Made by a program: the position numbers and the translations under genes. Below, piece by piece: positions 55,793 through 63,398 of a DNA stretch of 64,000 nt. The notes beneath the pieces are model-generated. The model did no database searches, was not told the DNA's origin, and saw nothing but the letters and a program-made list of their open reading frames with translations. The stretch lies in NCBI GenBank assembly GCA_017455975.1, contig JAFTLK010000013.1, positions 13,362 to 77,361 of the forward strand. Reading direction: 5' to 3'. Source of the stretch: Clostridia bacterium. Lineage in GTDB: Bacteria; Bacillota; Clostridia; Oscillospirales; CAG-272. Position 1 is the first letter of the stretch. Every line of letters starts with the position of its first letter.

Positions 55793-56956
55793 TTATATCT
55801 CTTCGCCGTGCGGCGAGGGGGTTCTGTTTTCGGGGGGCGGCAGCGTGCACGCGATCCGGTGCAGTGCCTGTGTCATGCGGCACATGTAGGTTGGAATGCC
55901 CGCACAGCTGCCTGTCTCCGCATACGCGATCGCCGCGCAGGGGTGGCAGACATTGAGGTTCGGGCAGCTGTCACACACGCCGGAGAGGGTCAGCTTCGCC
56001 GCCGTTTCCGTCAGCGCATGCCAGCTGTCGGCAAATGACAGCTTCCGCAGATCGACCTTCGGCTCCGGCATCATGCCGCAGGGGGTCATATAACCGTCCC
56101 ATGTGATCCAGTACGAGGCCTTGCCCGCCCGGCAGTGGATCTTACCGTCCACCGGGTCGATACAGCTCTCATCCAGACCGCGCGGCTCGGCGTATCCGTC
56201 GCGGATTGCCTGCATATGCTTCAGATATGCGTCGCGGCCGTGGTTCTTTTCCCAGAACCGGGCAGTGTAGTGCGCGCTCTCCTCGGGGGTGAAGCGTTCG
56301 TTTTGTCCGGTCATCGTCGGATCACGCCGGATCGGCGGGAACATGTAAGCCGCGACCGACAGCTGTGCACCGCGCGCCTTGGCATACTCGACGATGAAAT
56401 CAAGGTCGGAGGCGTTTTCCGGTGTCAGCGAGCAGTTGATCTTGACGCGGATGCCGGCTTCCGTCAGCATGCGGATGGCGCGGTCAACGCGGGAAAATAC
56501 ACCGTCTGCACCGCACAGGCGGCGGTAGGTTGCGTCGTTTGCGCCGTACAGCGTGATGTTGATCTTCTGCGGCGGCTTTGCAAGGAACCGTGCGGCGGCG
56601 GTCTCGTCGATCAGCGAGCCGTTTGTGTTGACGGAGATGAGGAATCCCATGTCGATCAGCGTATCGTACAGGGTGAAAAACTGCGGCCAGAGCAGCGGTT
56701 CTCCTCCGGTCAGAAGCAGGTACAGCGTGCCTGCGTCCCGTGCCTGTTCTGCTAACGACAGCCAATCGTCGAGGGTCATCGGCCTGCGGGGCGAGGCATC
56801 GACCTCGGCCTGTGTCTTCCGGACATAGCACATCCGGCACGCAAAGTTGCAGACGGGGGATAATTCAAAGGTTCCGCTCAGCGGGACACGCATCGATATC
56901 GCCTTGTAGGCGAGGAAATCGGACAGCGTCCGCGGCGGGGATTGGGGTTTGTTCAT
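55793..56956 (-). CDS. radical SAM / SPASM-domain peptide-modifying enzyme
   Basis: ATG at 56956, overlapping the upstream stop as ATGA. The rSAM cluster is SPVCNFACRMCY. SPASM cysteines: CRAGKASYWITWDGYMTPC then CDSCPNLNVCHPC...C. No N-terminal RRE domain. The track ORF (543 aa) is over-extended. Confidence 0.8.
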   Translation of the reverse strand: MNKPQSPPRTLSDFLAYKAISMRVPLSGTFELSPVCNFACRMCYVRKTQAEVDASPRRPMTLDDWLSLAEQARDAGTLYLLLTGGEPLLWPQFFTLYDTLIDMGFLISVNTNGSLIDETAAARFLAKPPQKINITLYGANDATYRRLCGADGVFSRVDRAIRMLTEAGIRVKINCSLTPENASDLDFIVEYAKARGAQLSVAAYMFPPIRRDPTMTGQNERFTPEESAHYTARFWEKNHGRDAYLKHMQAIRDGYAEPRGLDESCIDPVDGKIHCRAGKASYWITWDGYMTPCGMMPEPKVDLRKLSFADSWHALTETAAKLTLSGVCDSCPNLNVCHPCAAIAYAETGSCAGIPTYMCRMTQALHRIACTLPPPENRTPSPHGEEI

Positions 56957-57825
56957 ATGCGGCCCTCCTTTGCAAGGGCGTCTTCCAGAGATGTCACCGC
57001 ACGCTCGTCCGGTGTACACGACAGCGCATATACCGGGATGTCCGCGGCCAGGCCGGCCGTCAGCGCGCTTGCCTGCGCGACAAAATCGGGATCCCAGCTG
57101 TGGACGGTCATGCCCGGCCAGAGACCGCGAAAGGCCTGTGCTGGAGAAAGCCGCCGGACGGTGCAGGTATCGGCCTGCGCCAGAAGCACAATGGCCGTGA
57201 TGGGGCAGCTTGCGTTGACGTGGTATTTCGATGATCCGGCATACGGGGAGCCCCATGCCAGCCATCTGCCGTCGTCGCAGGACAGGATCGGGCGATCGCC
57301 GTTGATCTGTTCCGCGCCGCGCGTGCTGCACCACAGCTCTGCCTGCGTGGACTTGCCGATGCCGGACACGCCGGAAAACAGAAGTCCGCCGAGGTGTGTC
57401 CGCACACAGGATGCATGCAGGCACAGCCGGTTCCTTTGCAGGAGAATCGCCTCAAAGCCCAGATGATAAAAGCTGTTGGACAGCTCCGAGACGCATCGGA
57501 CGTATTCAGGCCGATAATCGACGCAGATCTTGCCGTGTGCGGCATCAAAGGTCGAGACGGCGTAATGCACCGGGTCTTCCGGAATCTCAAAGAAAAACTT
57601 CTGCGGATTGCCCGCAGCGTCCCGCCCGATTCTGTATGCGCGGTCTGTAAACAGCGGAGAATGAGGGAGCGGCGGCAGGGAGTCGGTCGCAGAGAAAACC
57701 GCCTCGATGTCGGGCTCCGTTTCTTCTGTCAGAAACGGGAGAAAGGCTTTGCTTTCCTTGAGCGGATGGTCTGTCGCAAGACAGATGGAAATGTCGGAGA
57801 CTGTTATGTATGTGCGGGTGGGCAT
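56953..57825 (-). CDS. HPr-kinase-related P-loop protein (HprK-like, RiPP/SCM-cassette type)
   Basis: 290 aa. Walker A is LLFSGVSGIGKSTQAELW in the C-terminal half, as in the HPrK/P catalytic domain. Its start overlaps the stop of the small peptide gene (TGATG). Confidence 0.65.
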   Translation of the reverse strand: MPTRTYITVSDISICLATDHPLKESKAFLPFLTEETEPDIEAVFSATDSLPPLPHSPLFTDRAYRIGRDAAGNPQKFFFEIPEDPVHYAVSTFDAAHGKICVDYRPEYVRCVSELSNSFYHLGFEAILLQRNRLCLHASCVRTHLGGLLFSGVSGIGKSTQAELWCSTRGAEQINGDRPILSCDDGRWLAWGSPYAGSSKYHVNASCPITAIVLLAQADTCTVRRLSPAQAFRGLWPGMTVHSWDPDFVAQASALTAGLAADIPVYALSCTPDERAVTSLEDALAKEGRI

Positions 57826-58058
57826 CAGGAGTTGAAGATGCTATGACCGCCGGTGCTACCGTGATAACAATAATCTTCTATATAAGTATCGCACATATCT
57901 GTAAGTACGATTAGCCCCGGAAAGTCTGAATCCTCGCCACCAATAAAGGTATTGCAATCTTCTGACTTGGTATGATTAAGATCGTATTGGCAGATTGCCA
58001 CCTGCTGCGTCAGCTCAAAGTTCTCGTAAAAGAGCTCGGGCTTGACATACTTTTTCAT
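57825..58058 (-). CDS. 77-aa candidate RiPP precursor peptide
   Basis: MKKYVKPELFYENFELTQQVAICQYDLNHTKSEDCNTFIGGEDSDFPGLIVLTDMCDTYIEDYCYHGSTGGHSIFNS. GAGAGGT RBS. First gene of the operon, behind a consensus promoter. 4 Cys, strongly acidic, internal GG, C-terminal Ser. Confidence 0.6.
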   Translation of the reverse strand: MKKYVKPELFYENFELTQQVAICQYDLNHTKSEDCNTFIGGEDSDFPGLIVLTDMCDTYIEDYCYHGSTGGHSIFNS

Positions 58059-58244
58059 GTTTTCTACCTCTCTTCAAATTGTTATATTGCTGCTTCCGAA
58101 AATATTTGGAAGTTCTGTTTCTGCGATCTTACCCGACACGGGGATACCGCTGAAATATTCGGGGTATATATGCGGAGAATGCGCAGATTTATCTGCTGAT
58201 CAATTTCTTTGGTATGTTGAAAATACTCCGATAATACATAATAT

Positions 58245-58273
58245 ATTATAACACTATGTAAAGAGTTTGTCAA
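58245..58273 (-). promoter_or_regulatory. sigma-70-type promoter of the peptide-HprK-rSAM operon
   Basis: On the minus strand: TTGACA (58273-58268), 17 nt, TATAAT (58250-58245). Exact consensus. The ~185-nt leader contains a CTTCCaaatattttcGGAAG hairpin just before the RBS. Confidence 0.65.
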
Positions 58274-58530
58274 CAATATAAAAGAATTTTTTCGCCGTTT
58301 CCGGCAAATTATTATACAGCGCTTATAATAGATTGTCCCGAAGACGAGCGGTCTCCTCATATACCTGCTTTGTGTTAATAAACTCCTATAAATCATATTA
58401 TATCATTTTCGGAAAGCTTTGTCAATGTTATCTCGTTGATCATCATGGCTTTGCTTGTCGAAAGCATCAAAACCCGCGTGGAAAATCGATTTTTCACGCA
58501 AAAATTCCGGATAAGATTCACGTTTTCAGA

Positions 58531-58577
58531 ACAAAAACAACCCCGTAACAGACGAAATACCATCGTCCGTTACGGGG
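58531..58577 (-). terminator. rho-independent terminator of the sigma/anti-sigma/phosphatase operon
   Basis: Stem CCCCGTAACGGACG / CGTCTGTTACGGGG (one mismatch) followed on the minus strand by TTGTTTTTG. Confidence 0.75.
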
Positions 58578-58587
58578 CTTGATTTGT

Positions 58588-59211
58588 TTATGCTCCGAAT
58601 AAATTCCATGCAAGGAGCTTCCATTTTCCGTTGGAGAATTCAAACACAAAAACACCGCAGTTGGGGCATGCAAATGCGGGCTTGTCGATGCCGATGACAT
58701 CCGGTACAGGTGCTCCGTCGTTCAGCGTTCCGGAGAACAGCATTTCCAGAACCGCATGAATGACACCGCCGTGACAGAATGCGGCAGCACGCGCACAATC
58801 TGTCTGCTCCATATCACGCAGAAACGCAAGGATCCGTGTGCAGAACTCGCTGTAATTTTCGCCGCCCCACGCATGAAAGTCAAACACGCGTCTCGCCGCC
58901 TGATAGGGTTCCCCGAGCGTCTCGCGGCATTCGGCGACACGCCGTCCGGCAAGCGCGCCGACATTGACCTCGCGGATCAGCGGTGTTGTCTCGGCTGCTG
59001 TATCCGGCAGTGCAAGCGCATGGGTCTGGCGGGCACGGCGCAGATCACTTGTATAAATGCGGTCAAATGTCAGATTTTCCAGACGCAGACGCGCTCCGAC
59101 CGCACGCGCCTCCCCCTCGCCTTTTTCCGTCAGTGAAACCTGTGCCCAGCCGGCGTGCGAGGATGTGCTGTTGGCTTCACTTTCGCCATGGCGGATGAGG
59201 TACAGCTTCAC
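58588..59211 (-). CDS. histidine phosphatase family protein (phosphoglycerate-mutase-like)
   Basis: GGAGGAGGAG RBS before the GTG at 59211 (GTGA overlap with the upstream stop). LYLIRHGESEAN catalytic RHG motif. Confidence 0.75.
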   Translation of the reverse strand: MKLYLIRHGESEANSTSSHAGWAQVSLTEKGEGEARAVGARLRLENLTFDRIYTSDLRRARQTHALALPDTAAETTPLIREVNVGALAGRRVAECRETLGEPYQAARRVFDFHAWGGENYSEFCTRILAFLRDMEQTDCARAAAFCHGGVIHAVLEMLFSGTLNDGAPVPDVIGIDKPAFACPNCGVFVFEFSNGKWKLLAWNLFGA

Positions 59212-59555
59212 GGCTTCTCCTCCTCCGTCGGATTGAGCAGCTTCGTCAGGCTCCATGCCCCGACCATGGCGGACAGCACCATCACGCCAAGCATTGCCGC
59301 ATCGGTGAACAGCTGCTGACTGCGCATGTGCTTTGCGAGCGCGGCAAATCTGTCCTCCTGCACAGTCGGCAGATCCGGAATAGCCGCACGTACATCCTGC
59401 GATACACGGTATTCGGCATACAGCCGACGGCAGGACGGGCAGGTACGCAGGTGTGAGCGGACAAGCGCACGGGTATCGTCACTGGCGTACCCATCCTTAT
59501 AGATCGCAACAAGATCCAGAACAACATCACAGCTGATTTCAGAATTGGTATTCAC
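59208..59555 (-). CDS. anti-sigma factor with zf-HC2 zinc finger and a C-terminal TM helix
   Basis: GGAGGAG RBS before the GTG at 59555. Zinc-finger pattern H-x3-C-x2-C in VRSHLRTCPSCRRLYAEY. Hydrophobic segment AAMLGVMVLSAMVGAW. Confidence 0.65.
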   Translation of the reverse strand: MNTNSEISCDVVLDLVAIYKDGYASDDTRALVRSHLRTCPSCRRLYAEYRVSQDVRAAIPDLPTVQEDRFAALAKHMRSQQLFTDAAMLGVMVLSAMVGAWSLTKLLNPTEEEKP

Positions 59556-60048
59556 GCTTAATCTCCTCCAAAAGCATCTTTTTCGCACGGTGGTACAGCA
59601 CCTTCGCGGAATTTTCGCTGATACCGAGCGCCAGCGCGACCTGTGCAAACGGCAGATCGGCGTACAGGCGCAGCATGACGACATCCCGGTATTTATCCGG
59701 GATCTTTTTCAAAAGCCGACGCACCGATTCCTGCACGGCGTGCCGTTCGGCCACAGCCGCCGGGTCATCGCTCTCATCAGCACACATGACATCCGACACA
59801 ACGTCGAGATTGATCGCTTCCAGCTCCAGCCTGTGCCGCCGCAGATATGTAAAAAAGGTGTATTTTGCGATGGACGCAAGCCATGTGAACAGCTCGCTGT
59901 CACCGCGGAACCGGTGAAACGACTTGAATGCCTGCAGAAATGTCTCCTGCGTCAGCTCCTCCGCAAGGCTTTCGTTCTTACAGAGCCGGTATAAAAACGC
60001 ATATACGCGCGCGAAATTTTCTTCATATATTACAGCAAAGGTATCCAT
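59539..60048 (-). CDS. ECF-type RNA polymerase sigma-70 family factor
   Basis: 169 aa. Region 2 is LAEELTQETFLQAFKSFHRFRGDS; region 4 is DLPFAQVALALGISENSAKVLYHRAKKML. Confidence 0.85.
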   Translation of the reverse strand: MDTFAVIYEENFARVYAFLYRLCKNESLAEELTQETFLQAFKSFHRFRGDSELFTWLASIAKYTFFTYLRRHRLELEAINLDVVSDVMCADESDDPAAVAERHAVQESVRRLLKKIPDKYRDVVMLRLYADLPFAQVALALGISENSAKVLYHRAKKMLLEEIKREYQF

Positions 60049-60154
60049 GTCATCACCTGCCCCAATTATCCGTCATACCTATATATAGGTTAGTGCCGCA
60101 GAAACGGAAAAGGTTACAGAAAAAATGAAGCTTTTTCAAAAAAATTCTGTACCT

Positions 60155-60183
60155 ATTATAATACGCATGAGACGATTTGTCAA
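60155..60183 (-). promoter_or_regulatory. sigma-70-type promoter of the ECF sigma operon
   Basis: On the minus strand: TTGACA (60183-60178), 17 nt, TATAAT (60160-60155). Exact consensus. Confidence 0.65.
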
Positions 60184-60312
60184 GAGGGAGGAGGAAGCAG
60201 AAATTTTCGGATTTTTTGAAAATCGTTGTAACCTTTTCCAAAATACACGACACTTACTTGACAGAACCCCAAGGAAAGGAACCGTCCACGACGGGCGGTA
60301 ACGGTCAGCTGC

Positions 60313-61266
60313 ATGAGCTTTTCAATTCTGGGAACGGGTATGTACGTTCCCCCACATACCGTGACAAACGACGATCTCTCCGCGTTGGTGGAAACAAACG
60401 ATGAATGGATTCGACGCCGCGTCGGAATCGCAGAGCGACACATCGCCGTGACGGAAAGCACGGCCGGGATGGCTGCTGCCGCCGCGCGCAATGCGCTTGA
60501 CAATGCAGGCATCGCAGCGGAGGATCTGGATCTGATCCTGTGTGCAACCGTCAGTGCCGACAACGTCTCCCCCTCGCTTGCCTGCATGGTACAAGCCGCG
60601 CTCGGAGCCGTCTGCCCGGCATATGACATCAATGCGGCTTGTTCTGCATTCCTGTTTCTGCTTGAAACGGCGGCCGGCTGGTTTGCACGCGGACGCGCAA
60701 AGAAGATCCTGGTCGTCGGTTCGGAACGCATGAGCCGGATCGTCGATTGGTCCGACCGCGGTACCTGCGTCATTTTCGGCGACGGTGCCGGAGCGGCAGT
60801 GCTCGGTGCGGGCGACGGCTATCTCGATTCCGTCATCACCGTCCGCGGCGGCGACAGTGTCATCAAGATTCCCTGCAGCGCCGGGAAATCTCCGTTCTGG
60901 CAGGGCAGCTGTGAGGAGCCTTACATTCAGATGAACGGTCAGGAGACCTTCAAATATGCCGTCAACGCCATGTGCGGCGACATTCAGACGCTGTTTAACA
61001 GAAACGGACTGACACATGACGACCTTGCATGGATTGTCCCGCATCAGGCAAACTACCGCATCATCGAATCCGCTGCCAAGCGTTCCGGCATTCCGCAGGA
61101 GAAGTTCTATCTGAACATCGACCGGGTCGGCAATACATCCTCGGCCTCCGTTCCGATCGCTCTGGATGAACTCAACCGCTCCGGCAGGCTGCAGCGCGGC
61201 GACAAGATCATTCTCACAGCATTCGGCGGCGGACTTGCAAACGCAGCCTGCCTGCTCACCTGGTAA
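60313..61266 (+). CDS. fabH: beta-ketoacyl-ACP synthase III
   Basis: 317 aa. Active-site Cys in DINAACSAF, then VPHQAN and GNTSSASVP. Confidence 0.9.
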   Translation: MSFSILGTGMYVPPHTVTNDDLSALVETNDEWIRRRVGIAERHIAVTESTAGMAAAAARNALDNAGIAAEDLDLILCATVSADNVSPSLACMVQAALGAVCPAYDINAACSAFLFLLETAAGWFARGRAKKILVVGSERMSRIVDWSDRGTCVIFGDGAGAAVLGAGDGYLDSVITVRGGDSVIKIPCSAGKSPFWQGSCEEPYIQMNGQETFKYAVNAMCGDIQTLFNRNGLTHDDLAWIVPHQANYRIIESAAKRSGIPQEKFYLNIDRVGNTSSASVPIALDELNRSGRLQRGDKIILTAFGGGLANAACLLTW

Positions 61267-61310
61267 TATCAGCCAAACAAAAAATTCAAATAAAGAAAGA
61301 GGTAACCACC

Positions 61311-61544
61311 ATGACAAACGAAAAAATTCTCGAAACACTCGCATCCATCATCGCAGACAAGATCGACACAGATGCAGCCGAAATCAAGCCGGAAACCACC
61401 TTTGAGGAGCTCGGCATTGACTCTCTTGATATCACGGACATCGCCATGAGCGTGGAAGATGCATTCGGTATCGAAGTCGAAGTTTCCGGCGAACTCAAGT
61501 CCGTCGGCGATCTCGTCAATCTCGTCGCTTCCCTGACTGCATAA
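61311..61544 (+). CDS. acpP: acyl carrier protein
   Basis: 77 aa. Phosphopantetheine site LGIDSLD. Confidence 0.9.
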   Translation: MTNEKILETLASIIADKIDTDAAEIKPETTFEELGIDSLDITDIAMSVEDAFGIEVEVSGELKSVGDLVNLVASLTA

Positions 61545-61548
61545 ATCC

Positions 61549-62499
61549 ATGCTGAAAACACAAATTACTGACCTGCTTTCCATCCGTTATCCGATCTTTC
61601 AAGGCGGCATGGCTTGGATCGCAGACGGAACCCTTGCCGCTGCCGTCTCCGAGGGCGGCGGACTTGGGATCATTTCCGCAATGAACGCAGACGGTGATTA
61701 TCTGCGCGGACAGATCGCGCTTGCCCGCCGTCTGACCGATCGGCCCTTTGGCGTCAATATCATGCTGATGAGTCCCCACGCGGACGAGGTCGCACGGATC
61801 GCCGCCGAGGAGGGGGTCGCCGTTGTCACCACCGGAGCCGGTTCACCCGTCAAGTACATGCCGGTATGGAAATCCGCCGGTATCCGCGTCATTCCGGTCG
61901 TCGCATCTGTTTCCATGGCCGTCATGTGTGAACGTGCGGGTGCTGATGCCGTGATCGCAGAGGGACAGGAATCCGGCGGTCATATCGGAGAGGCGACCAC
62001 GATGGCACTTGTCCCGCAGGTCGTCGATGCCGTACACATTCCCGTGCTTGCCGCGGGCGGTATTGCCGACGGACGCGGACTTGCCGCCGCGCTGATGCTC
62101 GGTGCACAGGGGGTGCAGATGGGCACACGCTTCCTCGCTGCCGCCGAATGCGGTGTGCACGAAAATTACAAGCAAATGGTACTCGGTGCCTCCGATACCT
62201 CCACGATCGTCACAGGACGTCGTTTCGGCGGTTCCGCCTGCCGTCAGATCAAAAACAATTTCAGCCGCAGCTTTGCAAAGTTTGAATACTCCGCCGATGC
62301 CACGGCGGAAGCTGTTGCAGAACGCGGTGTCGGTGCGCTCCGACGTGCGGCTCTGGACGGCGACACAAAGGAGGGCTGCTTCCTTGCAGGACAGATCGCA
62401 GGACTTGTCACGCGTGAGCAGCCTGCCGCCGAGATCCTCTCCGAGGTCTCGGAAGAAGCGCAAACCATTCTGAAAGGAGCTTCTCAATGGCTCGTATAG
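61549..62499 (+). CDS. fabK: enoyl-ACP reductase II (FMN-dependent, nitronate-monooxygenase fold)
   Basis: 316 aa. IRYPIFQGGMAWI, EGQESGGHIG and AAGGIADGRG, in fab operon context. Confidence 0.8.
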   Translation: MLKTQITDLLSIRYPIFQGGMAWIADGTLAAAVSEGGGLGIISAMNADGDYLRGQIALARRLTDRPFGVNIMLMSPHADEVARIAAEEGVAVVTTGAGSPVKYMPVWKSAGIRVIPVVASVSMAVMCERAGADAVIAEGQESGGHIGEATTMALVPQVVDAVHIPVLAAGGIADGRGLAAALMLGAQGVQMGTRFLAAAECGVHENYKQMVLGASDTSTIVTGRRFGGSACRQIKNNFSRSFAKFEYSADATAEAVAERGVGALRRAALDGDTKEGCFLAGQIAGLVTREQPAAEILSEVSEEAQTILKGASQWLV

Positions 62500-63398
62500 C
62501 TTTTGTCTTCGCCGGTCAGGGTGCCCAGCATCCCGGCATGGGCGAGGGACTTTACAATCAAAATTCCCGTGTCAGAGCTTTGTTTGACGCATCTGACGCC
62601 ATCCGTCCCGGTACGCGCGCAATGTGCTTCTCCGGCTCTGACGCAGAGCTGCGTCAGACCGAAAACACCCAGCCCTGCCTGTTTCTGTGCGATCTCGCCG
62701 CCGCATTTGCGCTGGAGGATGCCGGTATTCATGCATCCGCTGCAGCCGGTTTTTCGCTCGGCGAGCTTCCGGCGCTGACGTTTGCCGGTGCAATGGAACC
62801 GATGACCGGATTTTCCGTTACGGCAAAGCGCGGTGAACTGATGGGCGCGGCCTGCGGCAATGCCGACACGGCTATGTGCGCCGTACTGAAGCTGGAAAAC
62901 GGGACGGTCGAGGAGATCTGTGCGCGCTATGCGCATGTCACACCGGTCAACTACAACGCCCCAGGTCAACTGGTCATCTCCGGTGACAGGACCGAGCTGG
63001 ACGCGGCAGCAGCTGACATCAAGGCGGTCGGCGGACGCTGTATTCCGCTTGCCGTTGCTGGTGCGTTTCATTCCCCATACATGGATGTACCGGCCGAAGC
63101 CTTCGGCGCATATCTGCATACGGTCACACTCACCCCGTCAAGGATTCCGGTATACGCCAACCGTACCGCCGCCCCCTATGACGGCGAGATCATCGGCACA
63201 TTGGCCGATCAGATGAACCATCCCGTCCTCTGGGAGCAGACCGTCCGCCGTATGACCGACGACGGCATCGATGTCTTCATCGAATGCGGTCCCGGCAATA
63301 CTTTATCCAAGCTGATCACAAAGATCGCTCCTGCTGCAAAGGTCTTCTGCTGTGAAACACCGGAGGATGTTGAAAAAATACGGGGGGAGCTGTTATGA
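62487..63398 (+). CDS. fabD: malonyl-CoA:ACP transacylase
   Basis: 303 aa. FAGQGAQ, active site GFSLGE, and AFHSPYM. Confidence 0.9.
   Translation: MARIAFVFAGQGAQHPGMGEGLYNQNSRVRALFDASDAIRPGTRAMCFSGSDAELRQTENTQPCLFLCDLAAAFALEDAGIHASAAAGFSLGELPALTFAGAMEPMTGFSVTAKRGELMGAACGNADTAMCAVLKLENGTVEEICARYAHVTPVNYNAPGQLVISGDRTELDAAAADIKAVGGRCIPLAVAGAFHSPYMDVPAEAFGAYLHTVTLTPSRIPVYANRTAAPYDGEIIGTLADQMNHPVLWEQTVRRMTDDGIDVFIECGPGNTLSKLITKIAPAAKVFCCETPEDVEKIRGELL

Noticed and set aside
57825-58058. Reading the 77-aa peptide as a lasso-peptide precursor, because HprK-like, PqqD and nucleotidyltransferase genes are typical lasso accessories
   Set aside because: The window has no asparagine-synthetase-like cyclase and no transglutaminase-like B2 protease. 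The peptide also lacks a Thr(-2)/Gly1 junction with Asp/Glu at core position 7-9. The adjacent rSAM/SPASM suggests different chemistry.
58082-58396. A 104-aa minus-strand ORF in the AT-rich region upstream of the peptide gene
   Set aside because: The line-58201 stretch it spans is about 23% GC, and it contains the consensus promoter and leader hairpins. There is no RBS and the sequence is low-complexity Ile/Tyr/Arg-rich, so it is most likely non-coding.
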